Source of the DNA: Thermodesulfobacteriota bacterium
GTDB taxonomy: Bacteria > Desulfobacterota > Binatia > Bin18
Length of the DNA: 64,000 nucleotides
NCBI GenBank assembly: GCA_964291405.2
Contig: OZ219926.1
Location: 2,912,001 to 2,976,000, forward strand
Reading direction: 5' to 3'
Shown here: positions 1-10,445 of the stretch, piece by piece
Numbering within the stretch: position 1 is the stretch's first letter
How the letters are laid out: every line of letters starts with the position of its first letter
Notes under the pieces: generated by a model
Told to the model about the DNA's origin: nothing
The model's input: the letters and a program-made list of their open reading frames with translations, nothing else
Databases searched by the model: none
Translations under genes and position numbers: made by a program

Positions 1-572
1 CCACGACCTTTGTGGCCTACGCCTTCATATCCATCCCCGGCTTCTTTCTGTCCTACCTTGCCATTCAATGGGTCGTGGAGCTCTTCAACGTCCCCATCAT
101 CGGCATGCGCACCTTTGGTATGGAAAACGCGCAGCCGGTCTTTCGCTGGATGGACCGGTTATGGCATCTGGTCGTGCCGTCCGTGATGTCGGCGATTGCC
201 GGCATTGCCATTCTGTCCCGCTACGTCCGGTCTCAGATGCTCGAAGTGGTGCGCCAGGACTATGTGCGCACCGCGCGGGCCAAGGGGTTGCCCGAAGAAA
301 GTGTGATCTACCGCCACGCCTTGCGTAACGCCCTGCTGCCGTTTGTGACGATGTTCGGCTTTTTGTTGCCGGGCCTGATCGGCGGCTCGGTGATCTTTGA
401 GCAGATCTTTGCCTGGCCGGGACTCGGGCGACTGGGCTATGAAGCGATTCTCGCCCGGGATTTTCCCGTTATCCTGACGATTAACTTTATTGCCGCCACG
501 CTGACACTGGCCGGTACCCTCGTCTCGGACATCCTCTACGCCGTGGTTGATCCACGTATCCGGTTGCAATGA
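1..572 (+). CDS. Oligopeptide/dipeptide ABC transporter permease (OppB/DppB family), 5' partial
   Basis: EAA-like loop DYVRTARAKGLPE...HALRNAL and the FAWPGLG...RDFPV C-terminus; the frame is open from the window edge. Confidence 0.92.
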   Translation, partial: TTFVAYAFISIPGFFLSYLAIQWVVELFNVPIIGMRTFGMENAQPVFRWMDRLWHLVVPSVMSAIAGIAILSRYVRSQMLEVVRQDYVRTARAKGLPEESVIYRHALRNALLPFVTMFGFLLPGLIGGSVIFEQIFAWPGLGRLGYEAILARDFPVILTINFIAATLTLAGTLVSDILYAVVDPRIRLQ

Positions 573-583
573 GCGAGGAAACA

Positions 584-695
584 GGGGTTAGGGACTAGGG
601 ATTTGGGGTTAGGGACTAGGGATTAGAGGAACGGAAAGAGTTCATGGCAACTGCTCGCACTACCCAACCCCCAACCCCCAACCCCCAACCCCCCC
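584..695. repeat. G-rich 21-bp tandem repeat plus a downstream C-rich heptamer repeat flanking the oppC start
   Basis: GGGGTTAGGGACTAGGGATT x2 (584-625) and (CCCCCAA)n (663-695); similar arrangement at 2618-2694. Confidence 0.8.
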
Positions 696-1642
696 TGGGG
701 GAGGCGGAGCTGCCGAAGCCCGAAACTCCGCTGCAGGAAGCCTGGCGCATCTTCCAGAAAGATCGGCTCGCCCTCAGCGGCCTGGTCGTACTTGTCCTGC
801 TGGTCGCGATGGCCGCCGCCGGGAAAGTGTTGACCGAGTGGGTGGTTGTTTTCGATCCGGCCACCGTTCGCTTGCCGGATAAATTCCTGCCGCCTTTCTC
901 CTCTGTCTCCCAAGCCCTCATTCCGGCTGCCCAGCATCCGCTCGGCGGGGTCTATCTGCTCGGGACGGACGAGCTGGGCCGGGACGTGTTTGCACGCATG
1001 TTGCAGGGCTCGTTTGTGTCCTTATCGATCGGCTTTATTGCGGTCGGCATCTCGGTCACGATCGGCATTATTCTCGGCGGCCTGTCCGGTTTCTACGGCA
1101 ACGTCAAGCTCGGCCTGATCTCGGTCGATACGCTCATCATGCGTTTTACCGACATCATGCTGTGCTTTCCGACGTTTTTTCTGATTCTGACCGTCGTGGC
1201 CCTCCTCCCGCCGAGCATTTACAACATCATGATCGTGATTGGTCTGACCAGTTGGATGGCGACGGCGCGTTTTGTGCGGGCCGAGTTTCTCGCCCTGCGG
1301 GAACAGGACTTTGTGGTGGCCGCCCAGGCCCTGGGCTTACCCGAGAGCCGGATCATCTTTCGGCATATGGTCCCGAACGCCATCGCCCCGGTACTGGTCT
1401 CGGCCACTATCGGCGTGGCCGGTGCCATTCTGACCGAGTCGGGTCTCAGCTTTCTCGGGTTTGGGGTGCAGCCGCCGTATGCGACCTGGGGCAATATCCT
1501 GTCCAGCGGCCGCGGATTTATCTTCGATGCGCCGTGGTTGTTCTTTATTCCCGGCCTCGCCATTTTTCTCGTGGTTCTGGCGTTTAATCTGGTTGGCGAA
1601 GGACTGCGCGAGGCCCTCAACCCGCGCCTGCGGAACCGCTGA
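644..1642 (+). CDS. Oligopeptide/dipeptide ABC transporter permease (OppC/DppC family)
   Basis: LGTDELGRD, EQDFVVAAQALG, ESGLSFLGFG and GEGLREALNP motifs. Confidence 0.93.
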   Translation: MATARTTQPPTPNPQPPLGEAELPKPETPLQEAWRIFQKDRLALSGLVVLVLLVAMAAAGKVLTEWVVVFDPATVRLPDKFLPPFSSVSQALIPAAQHPLGGVYLLGTDELGRDVFARMLQGSFVSLSIGFIAVGISVTIGIILGGLSGFYGNVKLGLISVDTLIMRFTDIMLCFPTFFLILTVVALLPPSIYNIMIVIGLTSWMATARFVRAEFLALREQDFVVAAQALGLPESRIIFRHMVPNAIAPVLVSATIGVAGAILTESGLSFLGFGVQPPYATWGNILSSGRGFIFDAPWLFFIPGLAIFLVVLAFNLVGEGLREALNPRLRNR

Positions 1643-1647
1643 ACGCC

Positions 1648-2632
1648 ATGGCCCAGCCACACTCTCACTATTTCCGATCTGCACGTCTCATTCTTCACCG
1701 AGCACGGCGAAGTCCGGGCGGTCCGGGGAATCGACCTTGAGATTCAGCCGGGCCAGACTCTGGCGCTTGTCGGTGAGTCGGGTTGTGGCAAATCGGCTAC
1801 GGCCTTGTCGATTATGCGCCTGATCGAATCTCCGGGGCGGATCGTCAGCGGCTCCCTGATGTACAACGGCCGTGACCTGGCGCAGTTATCCGAGGCAGAG
1901 CTGCGCTCCATCCGGGGAAAGTCCATCGGTATGATCTTCCAGGAGCCGATGACCTCGCTGAATCCGGTTTTCACTATCGGTCATCAGATCGGCGAGGTGT
2001 TTCGACTTCATCAGGGACTGTCGGTACGCGAGGCCAACCAGGAAGCCGGGCGCTTACTGGAAACCGTTGGGATTCCTTCTCCGCGGCAACGACTCGAACA
2101 CTATCCGCACGAGCTGTCCGGTGGAATGAAACAGCGGGTGATGATCGCCATGGCGCTGGCCTGTCGTCCGGACTTGCTCATTGCCGACGAACCGACCACT
2201 GCTCTGGATGTCACGGTTCAGGCGCAGATTCTCGATTTGCTCACCCGGCTCCAGGACGAGCTGGGTATGGCCATTCTGCTGATCACGCATAACCTCGGGG
2301 TGGTGGCGCAGTTCGCCCAGGATGTGGCGGTCATGTACGCGGGAAAAATTATCGAACGCGCCCAGGTTCGTCCGCTGTTTCACAACCCGCTGCACCCCTA
2401 CACCCAGGCGCTGCTCCACGCCGTGCCGCGTCGAGGTCACCGCTCCGAACGTCTGGCCGCGATCACCGGCAGTGTGCCTTCGCCTTTACAGTACCCGCCG
2501 GGTTGCGCCTTTGCCGCCCGCTGTCCGGCAAGGCTCGATGACTGCCCGACCAAACAGCCTTCGCTGGGCGTGATAGAGCCCGGTCACGAGGCCGCGTGCT
2601 GGTTGCATGAGGAGATAGGGGTTGGGGATTAG
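1648..2632 (+). CDS. Peptide ABC transporter ATP-binding subunit (OppD/DppD); apparent 1-nt frameshift just after the start
   Basis: Walker A GESGCGKS lies upstream of the called ORF in the same frame; LSGGM signature, DEPTTALD, C-terminal Cys motif. ATG 1648 is one base out of frame. Confidence 0.88.
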
Positions 2633-2657
2633 AAATCGGAGAAACGGAAAGAGCGCC

Positions 2658-3674
2658 ATGCCAACGGACAACACTCCCCAACCCCCAACCCCCCTCGTGG
2701 AACTCCGTAATCTCAAGAAATACTTTCCGGTCCGCAGCGGAGTCTTCTCGCGGGTCTCGGCCTGGGTCAAGGCGGTGGATGAGGTATCGTTTACCATTCA
2801 GCCCCGAGAAACGTTTGGTCTGGTCGGCGAGTCGGGCTGCGGCAAAACGACAGTCGGCCGGACGCTCCTGCGACTCATCGAACCCACCGGTGGTGAGGTG
2901 TTTTTCCAAGGTCAGGACTTCTGCCGGTTTTCTGGCGTACAGGTGCGTCAGGCCCGGCAACAGATGCAGATGATCTTCCAGGACCCGTACAGCTCGCTGA
3001 ATCCGCGTATGACGGTCGGCGCGATTATCGGCGAGGCGCTCAAGGTTCACGGTCTGGCGCAGGGAGAGGCGTTGGACCGTCAGGTCGGCGCGCTGTTGGA
3101 GCGGGTCGGCCTGTCAGCAACATATCGGTCCCGCTATCCGCACGAATTTTCAGGCGGACAGCGGCAACGCATCGGCATTGCGCGCGCGTTGGCCCTGGAG
3201 CCGCAGTTTATCGTGTGTGACGAGCCGGTCTCGGCGCTGGACGTTTCCATTCAGGCCCAGATTCTGAACCTGCTCCAGGACCTGCAAAACGATCTGGGAC
3301 TCTCGTATTTATTTATTTCCCACGACCTGAACGTAGTCGAATATATCGCCGACCGTGTGGCCGTGATGTACCTTGGCAAGCTGGTCGAGGTCGCTCCGGT
3401 CGACGAACTCTTTCGCAACCCCCAGCACCCGTACACCCTGGCGCTTATGTCGGCCAATCCCGTCCCCGACCCGACGGTCCAAACCCAACGGACCGTCCTG
3501 ACCGGCGATGTACCTTCTCCCCTGAATCCGCCATCAGGCTGCGCCTTTCACACCCGCTGTCCTCAGGCCCTGGAGCGCTGCAAGACTACACCGCCGCCGC
3601 TCGTCCGCAGCGGGCAGGGGACGGCTGAGCATAGCGTCTGGTGCCATTTATACGGGGAGGGAGCGACCGAGTAG
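2658..3674 (+). CDS. Peptide ABC transporter ATP-binding subunit (OppF/DppF)
   Basis: [24 protein letters not shown] and [12 protein letters not shown] motifs. Confidence 0.93.
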   Translation: MPTDNTPQPPTPLVELRNLKKYFPVRSGVFSRVSAWVKAVDEVSFTIQPRETFGLVGESGCGKTTVGRTLLRLIEPTGGEVFFQGQDFCRFSGVQVRQARQQMQMIFQDPYSSLNPRMTVGAIIGEALKVHGLAQGEALDRQVGALLERVGLSATYRSRYPHEFSGGQRQRIGIARALALEPQFIVCDEPVSALDVSIQAQILNLLQDLQNDLGLSYLFISHDLNVVEYIADRVAVMYLGKLVEVAPVDELFRNPQHPYTLALMSANPVPDPTVQTQRTVLTGDVPSPLNPPSGCAFHTRCPQALERCKTTPPPLVRSGQGTAEHSVWCHLYGEGATE

Positions 3675-3679
3675 GGTGG

Positions 3680-4300
3680 CTACTTGCCTTTCTTATCCCC
3701 TTCCTCGTCGCCATCTTTCTTGCGACTGGAAATGACCTCGTCAATCACGCCGTAATCCAATGCCTGCTTGGAGGTCATGAACATATCCCGGTCTGTATCT
3801 TTTTCAATTTTCTTCATGGTCTGACCGGTATGCTTCATCAGAATGTTGTTGAGCTCTTCCCGGATGCGCAGCACTTCTCTGGCATGGATGTCGATGTCGG
3901 CCGCCTGTCCCTGCACGCCGCCGAGCGGTTGGTGCAACATGATCCGGGAATGCGGCAGGGCAAACCGTTTCCCCGGTGCTCCGGCGGTCAGGAGTACCGC
4001 GCCCATACTGGCCGCCTGGCCGACACACATGGTAGACACGTCGGGGGTGACGTATTGCATGGTGTCGTAGATAGCCAGCCCGGCCGTCACCGAGCCGCCC
4101 GGCGAGTTCACATACAGGTGAATATCCTGCTCGGGGTCTTCGGATTCGAGGAAAAGGAGTTGGGCCGCAATCACATCGGCAACCGCATCGTTGACCTCGG
4201 AGCCAAGAAAAATAATCCGGTCTTTCAGCAAGCGGGAATAAATATCATAGGTCCGTTCACCCCGACCGGTCTGCTCGATCACGTATGGTACATAGTTCAT
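3680..4300 (-). CDS. clpP: ATP-dependent Clp protease proteolytic subunit
   Basis: [22 protein letters not shown] catalytic Ser and IMLHQP. Confidence 0.97.
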   Translation of the reverse strand: MNYVPYVIEQTGRGERTYDIYSRLLKDRIIFLGSEVNDAVADVIAAQLLFLESEDPEQDIHLYVNSPGGSVTAGLAIYDTMQYVTPDVSTMCVGQAASMGAVLLTAGAPGKRFALPHSRIMLHQPLGGVQGQAADIDIHAREVLRIREELNNILMKHTGQTMKKIEKDTDRDMFMTSKQALDYGVIDEVISSRKKDGDEEGDKKGK

Positions 4301-4387
4301 GATAGACGCATCCTAATCATTTATAGGTGTCAGAGCAACTTCCCTGTCATTAGCAAAGCAGATGATCGAAGATTACAGGAAACGTCA

Positions 4388-4564
4388 ATGAAGGAGGCAT
4401 TTGACAAGATTATAGGCAGGCTGAAGGATGCCCGTGCCTACTTGAACGGCAAGCACGACGGTTTTGTGGTGCCTGAAGTCAAAGTGCCAGAGCCTGACAT
4501 GGCCACCATTTGGGCCACATGCAGGTGCAGACGACCGCGCGCTGTATGGACGACGGACAATTAG
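4388..4564 (+). pseudogene. Truncated XRE/HigA-like (NadS-like) antitoxin remnant
   Basis: MKEAFDKIIGRLKDARAYLNG...VPEVKVPEPDMATI resembles the N-terminus of NadS/HigA-type antitoxins; the HTH is missing. Confidence 0.45.
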
Positions 4565-4670
4565 GTCTACCCATTCAGCACTTTAATAAAAAATACGATT
4601 TAAACGAAACTCTCTTGATATTTTTCACTATAATATATATTTTCATCGTGTAATGAAAGTTGGATAAACA

Positions 4671-5765
4671 GTGAAAGAAATAGAAATCATGGTGGTGGAC
4701 GCTGTCCGCGACTTGCTCGGCCTTGTGCCGAACATAGACATCAGCGAGGTTCGCCAAGAGCAGATTCTGGCGTCCGACTACAGTATTTACCAGATTGATG
4801 AGTGGATTGCTTTTAGCCATGGCGGTATAAATTATGCGCTCGTCATAGAGATCAAAGCAAATGGGTCACCGCGCTTTGCCCGATCTGCCGTCTATCAACT
4901 CGAGAGCTTTATGGCGCGTTTGCATCGATCCGATCTCCAGGACGTCACCCGGCAGTTCATCCCAATGCTGGTCAGTTCTTACCTGTCTCCGGAGTCGCGG
5001 TCGATCTGCACCGATCACAATGTCGCTTATCTCGATCTTGTCGGTAACGCGCGCCTCTCTTTCGACAACGTCTATATAGATCGATCCGTCGCAGACAGAC
5101 CAAAGTCCGAAACCCGTGCTCTGCGGTCAATATTCACCCCGAAGGCAGCCGCTATCTTGCGGGTTCTCCTGCGAGATCCAGACCGGGCATGGCGTGTCAC
5201 CGACTTGGCCGAAGCAGCCAATGCGAGCCTCGGCCACGTGAGCAACGTTCGCAAAGCCCTGCTCGCACGGGAATGGATCGAAAAACAGCACGACGGCGTC
5301 GTCCTTGTCCAGCCGAATGCGCTATTGAAGACATGGCGCGAGAACTACCGCCAGCCGGCTGGTCAACGCATCAGCGGATATACGCATCTCCACGGGGAAC
5401 AACTCGGCAAGCGGTTGTCGGGAAAACTAAATCCACACCCACAGCATCCCCGCGCAATCTACTCGTCAAATTCGGCCGCTCAATGGCTTGCGCCTTTTGC
5501 CCGGAGCGGCACACATAGTTTCTACGGCGACGAACCCGGCGTTCGCATGCTGAAAGAGACGTTGAAGCTGACTCACACCGCAAAGGGGGCGAATGTCATC
5601 CTGCGTATCCCGAATGATGAGAGTCTGTTCGAAGACGCCGTTCAGCCGGTACCGGGCATTTTCTGCACCAGTCCGATCATTACCTACCTCGATCTGTGGA
5701 ACGGCAACGATAGAGACCGTGAGGCCGCCGACCATATAGCCACAAAGTGCTTTCCATGGTTATGA
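4671..5765 (+). CDS. Type IV TA AbiEi-family antitoxin-like protein (N-terminal PD-(D/E)xK-like region, winged HTH)
   Basis: LVIEIK motif, YLDLVGNARL, HTH WRVTDLAEAANASLGHVSNV, GANVIL and SPIITYLDLW...DREAA; AT-rich upstream region. Confidence 0.7.
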   Translation: MKEIEIMVVDAVRDLLGLVPNIDISEVRQEQILASDYSIYQIDEWIAFSHGGINYALVIEIKANGSPRFARSAVYQLESFMARLHRSDLQDVTRQFIPMLVSSYLSPESRSICTDHNVAYLDLVGNARLSFDNVYIDRSVADRPKSETRALRSIFTPKAAAILRVLLRDPDRAWRVTDLAEAANASLGHVSNVRKALLAREWIEKQHDGVVLVQPNALLKTWRENYRQPAGQRISGYTHLHGEQLGKRLSGKLNPHPQHPRAIYSSNSAAQWLAPFARSGTHSFYGDEPGVRMLKETLKLTHTAKGANVILRIPNDESLFEDAVQPVPGIFCTSPIITYLDLWNGNDRDREAADHIATKCFPWL

Positions 5766-6613
5766 GAGAACCTCAATCCGCCGCTGACTACGATGACCGA
5801 ACGACAACGGCGGTTAAATCCGTATTAATCGAGATCGGCCAGATCCTTGGCAGCTTTGAAGGCAAGTTTGCGATCATCGGCGGCGCTGTTCCCTGGCTGT
5901 TGTTGAGCGAGGCTGACATGCCCCATATCGGCACTGGTGACGTGGACCTCAGTCTTGACGCGTCTGCCCTGGGTGACGGCGAATACGCTCGACTTGTCGA
6001 GGCCCTTCAGGAACATGGATACAATCAACGGAGCAATTTACAGCGCTTTCAGCTCGTTCGCACCGTGCCCGCCAGAGACGACGGGCTCGACATCGATGTC
6101 GTCGTCGACTTCCTGATGCCACGCGACGCTGAAATCACAAAAAATACTCCACCGCTTATCAGCCAGTTTGCCGTACAGCGTGCCGACGGCGCCGACCTGG
6201 CGCTCAGGTTCTATCAGATGGTCGCCATCGAAGGCGATATGCCCGATGGTGGCAGCAATCGCGTTCGTATCGCTGTGGCGTCTATTCCTGCTCTGTTGGC
6301 CATGAAAGGTTACGCCATCACCAATCGCCTGAAACGTAAGGACGCTTACGACATCTACTACAGCATCCGAAATTTTCCGGGTGGCGTCGACGATCTCGTC
6401 GACGCCACCCGGTCATTTCTTAACGTTGAAACGGCCAGGCAAGGCTACTGTCTGATCTCGGACAAATTCCGCAACGTTGATGATTTCGGACCGACCAGTG
6501 TCAGAATATTCGTGGAAGGTTCCGACGTACTTGGTGATCGCACAGCGGATCAGTGGCAGCAGGACGCCTTTGGACAGGTTGACGCTTGGCTCAGAGGGCT
6601 TGGCTTGAGGTAA
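5762..6613 (+). CDS. AbiEii-like nucleotidyltransferase (putative type IV toxin)
   Basis: IIGGAVP...GTGDVDL Pol-beta-like NTase motif, LAMKG and RKDAYDIYY; ATGA overlap with the upstream gene. Confidence 0.75.
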   Translation: MREPQSAADYDDRTTTAVKSVLIEIGQILGSFEGKFAIIGGAVPWLLLSEADMPHIGTGDVDLSLDASALGDGEYARLVEALQEHGYNQRSNLQRFQLVRTVPARDDGLDIDVVVDFLMPRDAEITKNTPPLISQFAVQRADGADLALRFYQMVAIEGDMPDGGSNRVRIAVASIPALLAMKGYAITNRLKRKDAYDIYYSIRNFPGGVDDLVDATRSFLNVETARQGYCLISDKFRNVDDFGPTSVRIFVEGSDVLGDRTADQWQQDAFGQVDAWLRGLGLR

Positions 6614-6734
6614 TCCCTGCAAAAGGCGTCAAATAGCAGGATACGTAGTATGGACATGCCGATCATCGACAGGGTGTTCGGTTATGGAAGGCGGCTTTGT
6701 GCTCAATTTTTCCGATAGGCCCTCTTCTTCTCCA

Positions 6735-7664
6735 TTACTGCCATTCTCTCGTTCTCACATAACGAATTGCTGCAAGGGCGGCTGTGGCGCCATCGCCGGC
6801 CGCGGACACGAGTTGCCGTGAGGAATCGCTGCGGACATCGCCGGCGGCCAGGACGCCGGGCGTGGCCGTCCGCATCCAGAGATCGGTCATAATCTGCCCC
6901 TTCGCATTGAGCGGAACCAGGTCTCCCAGAAATTGCGTATTGGCCGTCAGGCCAATGTAAAGAAAGACGCCAGCGACATCCAGACTGGAAGGCTGCCCCG
7001 TTGTCACGTCTTCGAGCTGTATCCGTTCGACACCGGTGTCACCTTCGATCGCCCGCACGACACTGTTCCAGCAAAAGGAGAGCTTGTCGTTTGCCTGTGC
7101 CCGCTCCTGTAAAAGCTGACAGGCGCGCAGCGTCGCGCGCCGATGAATGACCGTGACGTGCGAGGCGTATTGGGTGAGATGGAGTCCTTCGTCAATCGCG
7201 GCATCCCCTCCTCCCACAACAGCCACCGGCTGGTCCATAAAAAACGCGCCGTCACAGGCCGCGCAGTGCGAGACGCCTTTACCGACAAATTCTTCTTCAC
7301 CCGGAATGTCGAGCGCTGAAAAACTCGATCCGGTGGCGACGATCAGTGCTTTGGTGTGCAAGGTTCCGCTGTCCGTTTGCAGCACGAGTACTTCGCCGTC
7401 CCGCCGGACGGCGCTGACCTCCGTCAGTTGCATCTCAAGCCCGAGGCTGGTGGCCTGCTGTTGCAGCAGCGGCCCTAGGGTATAGCCGGCGACGCCATCC
7501 GGAAATCCCGGATAGTTCTCGATATGCTCACAGTTGAGCACCTGCCCGCCGGCAGAAAAACGTTCGAGCAGAAGCGCCCGACAGCGGTCACGCGCCGCGT
7601 ACAGGCCGGCCGTGAAGCCGGCCGCACCGCCGCCAATGATAATGATGTCGTAGGGCTGTGGCAT
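6735..7664 (-). CDS. trxB: Thioredoxin-disulfide reductase
   Basis: GGGAAG FAD motif, GVSHCAACDG CxxC, GGGDAA and AAGDVR. Confidence 0.9.
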   Translation of the reverse strand: MPQPYDIIIIGGGAAGFTAGLYAARDRCRALLLERFSAGGQVLNCEHIENYPGFPDGVAGYTLGPLLQQQATSLGLEMQLTEVSAVRRDGEVLVLQTDSGTLHTKALIVATGSSFSALDIPGEEEFVGKGVSHCAACDGAFFMDQPVAVVGGGDAAIDEGLHLTQYASHVTVIHRRATLRACQLLQERAQANDKLSFCWNSVVRAIEGDTGVERIQLEDVTTGQPSSLDVAGVFLYIGLTANTQFLGDLVPLNAKGQIMTDLWMRTATPGVLAAGDVRSDSSRQLVSAAGDGATAALAAIRYVRTREWQ

Positions 7665-7747
7665 GGGTGTCTCCTCAAGTGTCGCGGTCAAAAAAGTGAC
7701 GGATATCATAGCTGAGCGCTTGGCGTTCAGCTATCTACTGAATATAA

Positions 7748-8031
<284 letters not shown>

Positions 8032-8032
<1 letters not shown>

Positions 8033-8406
8033 TGCGCTTTAAGGGTCGTTTTCGGCGTGCGATGGCGCATGCGTTTGCTACTGACCAGGCGGCACCATCA
8101 CTCTCTCCGCAGGACCTTCAGCTCCTGCAGAAAGTGGCCGACGCCATTGTGAGCCGGAGACTTGAGACGCCGGCGGTCCTCTTGCTAGAATCCAGCGAAC
8201 CGCTCAATTTTTTGAGCAGCCAGATCGTTCACGGGCTGCGGCCTTTTCTTGATCTGGTGTGTGCACCGACGGAAACGGAACGCTTGGCCGGCATACTGGA
8301 GCGGAGAGATGCCGTATCCCGGCTCGTTGGGCTTATTCACGCGGGGTCCACCCCGCCACGTTCAACCGGGAAATCCATCCCTCTGAAAACCGGGGTGTCA
8401 TCCTGA
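8032..8406 (+). CDS. Conserved hypothetical protein
   Basis: RRLETPAVLLLESSEPLNFLSSQ segment; first gene of a co-directional membrane-protein cluster. Confidence 0.7.
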
Positions 8407-8429
8407 CAACGCAGAACATCCCGGCCAGC

Positions 8430-9731
8430 ATGGGTATCTTGTTCAACACCCCTGACCCTTCTACTGGACCCCGGTACCGAAGCAATCACCCCGGTTCGCT
8501 TCTACTCTTTGGATTGGTGCTTGTCTTTTTGTTGGAGACGGGCTCGCTGGCCGCCAATCCTCTCCTGACCGGCGAAGCCTTTGATATGCCGGGAGACGGC
8601 GGGGGCAGCATCGGCCTGCGCTGGCAAGGAGATTTTGAAGAGACGGGAGAGGCTCATTACCAGATTGTACTCAGCGACCGGGAGCAGGGCGTATTTCAGC
8701 CGGTCGCAACGATTCCGGCCAATACTCACCACGAAAAGGACCGTGCGGCTCCGTGGTGGGTGATCGGCACCCCACAACCGCGGGTGCATTTCTTTCAGGT
8801 CAGCACGGTCGCCGATAGCCCGCTACTGGATGGGACGCGCTACTTTGTGAAAATCCGTGCGCTCATTGGAGACGAGCAACTCGAGAGTCCGGTGTTCTCC
8901 GCCGTGCCTCAGCCGAACTGGTTTCAGTGGGCCAAGCTCAATAATTTTCTCTTCATGCTCACCTTCGGTGCGGTCGTCCTGTTCTCGATTCGCTCGGCCC
9001 GGACGCAGCCCACGCTCTTTCTCCGCCGTATTCCCGGCATTGATGCCATTGAAGAAGCGATTGGCCGGGCCGCGGAAACGGACCGCCCGATTCTCTACCT
9101 GACCGGCAGCGGCGAGTTAACCGGTCGCGGCGACGCGTCCAATATGTCGACGATTGCGGCCACCGTTCTGCTGGGCGAGGTAGCGAAGCGGTCGGCCGTG
9201 TCCGGGACCGCCATCACAGTCCCGCACCGCTCGCCCATTGTCATGGCCATTGCCCAGGACATGGTCAAAGACGCCTACCGGACGGCTGGTCGACCGGATG
9301 CCTATGCTGACGAGAGCAATTTTTTTATTGCCGCCGACCAGTTTGCGTATACCGCGGCGGTTGACGGCATCATGTTGCGCGAGCGGCCCGCAGCGAATTT
9401 TTTCATTGGTTATTATTACGCGGAGTCGCTGTTATTGGCCGAGACCGGCGCCGCAACCGGCGCGATGCAGATTGCCGGGACGGATGCCGAGCACCAGTTG
9501 CCGTTTTTTGTTGCCACGTGTGATTACACCCTGATCGGTGAGGAGCTGTACGCTGCCAGCGCGTATCTTTCGCGCGACCCCGCGCTGGTCGGCACGCTGC
9601 GCGGCCAGGACTTGGGAAAGGGCTTCTTGCTCGTCGGTCTGGTGGTGGGAACAGGGCTGCTCACCCTCGGCGAGGTGACTGGTATGACCATCTGGGAGAC
9701 GGCCGTGCAGATATTGCACGATTTTCGTTAG
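8430..9731 (+). CDS. DUF6754-like membrane protein with an N-terminal FN3-like extracytoplasmic region (start uncertain)
   Basis: LRRIPGIDAIEEAIGRA, AESLLLAETG and QLPFF...CDYTLIGEELYAASAYL motifs; signal-like hydrophobic stretch and TM helices. Confidence 0.75.
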   Translation: MGILFNTPDPSTGPRYRSNHPGSLLLFGLVLVFLLETGSLAANPLLTGEAFDMPGDGGGSIGLRWQGDFEETGEAHYQIVLSDREQGVFQPVATIPANTHHEKDRAAPWWVIGTPQPRVHFFQVSTVADSPLLDGTRYFVKIRALIGDEQLESPVFSAVPQPNWFQWAKLNNFLFMLTFGAVVLFSIRSARTQPTLFLRRIPGIDAIEEAIGRAAETDRPILYLTGSGELTGRGDASNMSTIAATVLLGEVAKRSAVSGTAITVPHRSPIVMAIAQDMVKDAYRTAGRPDAYADESNFFIAADQFAYTAAVDGIMLRERPAANFFIGYYYAESLLLAETGAATGAMQIAGTDAEHQLPFFVATCDYTLIGEELYAASAYLSRDPALVGTLRGQDLGKGFLLVGLVVGTGLLTLGEVTGMTIWETAVQILHDFR

Positions 9732-9743
9732 GTTTGGAGAGAA

Positions 9744-9794
9744 AGAGTAAACGTATCCAGCATCTGCATGCCTAGTGGAGGACACGTTTACTCT
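9744..9794. repeat. About 55-bp palindromic repeat (GAGTAAACGT...ACGTTTACTC family), copy 1
   Basis: AGAGTAAACGTATCC-N-GGACACGTTTACTCT. Confidence 0.85.
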
Positions 9795-9803
9795 CTGAGG
9801 AAT

Positions 9804-10445
9804 ATGCGCTTCTGGCAACAGACCCTGCCCCTCTTGATCACGTTTGTGTTCGGGCTGGCGTTGGTTCTGCAATACTATGTGCCTCATCCGGCTTCGGAGC
9901 ATTTTCTGCAGGAGATTTCGCTCTGGAGTCAAATTATTGCCGGATTCGCCATTGTGCTTGGCGTCGGGAGCTTGCTGTCAGCCCACTACCAAAAAATTGC
10001 GCGTCAGGAGGCGGGCTGGGGCTATAGTGCCGTGCTGTTTGTGTCGCTGCTGACCGTATTCGGGGCCGGGCTGTGGGCTGAGGGAAAATCCGAGGGAACA
10101 TTCTTCGGCTGGCTGTACGACTATGTTCTGGTTGCGCTCCAGGGAACGATGTTCTCGCTGCTGGCTTTTTTTGTCGCGTCCGCGGCCTACCGGGCCTTTC
10201 GGGCGCGCACGCTTGAGGCGACGATTCTGCTCAGCGCGGCAGTCCTGGTTATGGCAGGTCGGGTGCCCCTGGGTGAGTCGTTACTCCCCGGGGTCGGCGC
10301 GCTTGCCGACTGGATCATGACTGTGCCGAACACGGCGGCACAACGCGGGATTCTGATTGGCGTCAGCTTGGGCGCCATTGCTACCTCGATCAAAATCATT
10401 TTTGGGATCGAGCGCGCCTATCTGAGCGGGGGTGACGATGCGTAA
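9804..10445 (+). CDS. Uncharacterised multi-pass membrane protein
   Basis: About 6 TM helices; TMFSLLAFFVASAAYRAFRAR and WIMTVPNTAAQRGILIG. Confidence 0.8.
   Translation: MRFWQQTLPLLITFVFGLALVLQYYVPHPASEHFLQEISLWSQIIAGFAIVLGVGSLLSAHYQKIARQEAGWGYSAVLFVSLLTVFGAGLWAEGKSEGTFFGWLYDYVLVALQGTMFSLLAFFVASAAYRAFRARTLEATILLSAAVLVMAGRVPLGESLLPGVGALADWIMTVPNTAAQRGILIGVSLGAIATSIKIIFGIERAYLSGGDDA

Noticed and set aside
588-614. Telomere-like TTAGGG hexamers
   Set aside because: Only two copies, embedded in a 21-bp bacterial intergenic repeat
3641-4387. 307-aa plus-strand ORF overlapping clpP
   Set aside because: Antisense shadow of clpP; only its last part (from 4388) resembles a real gene remnant
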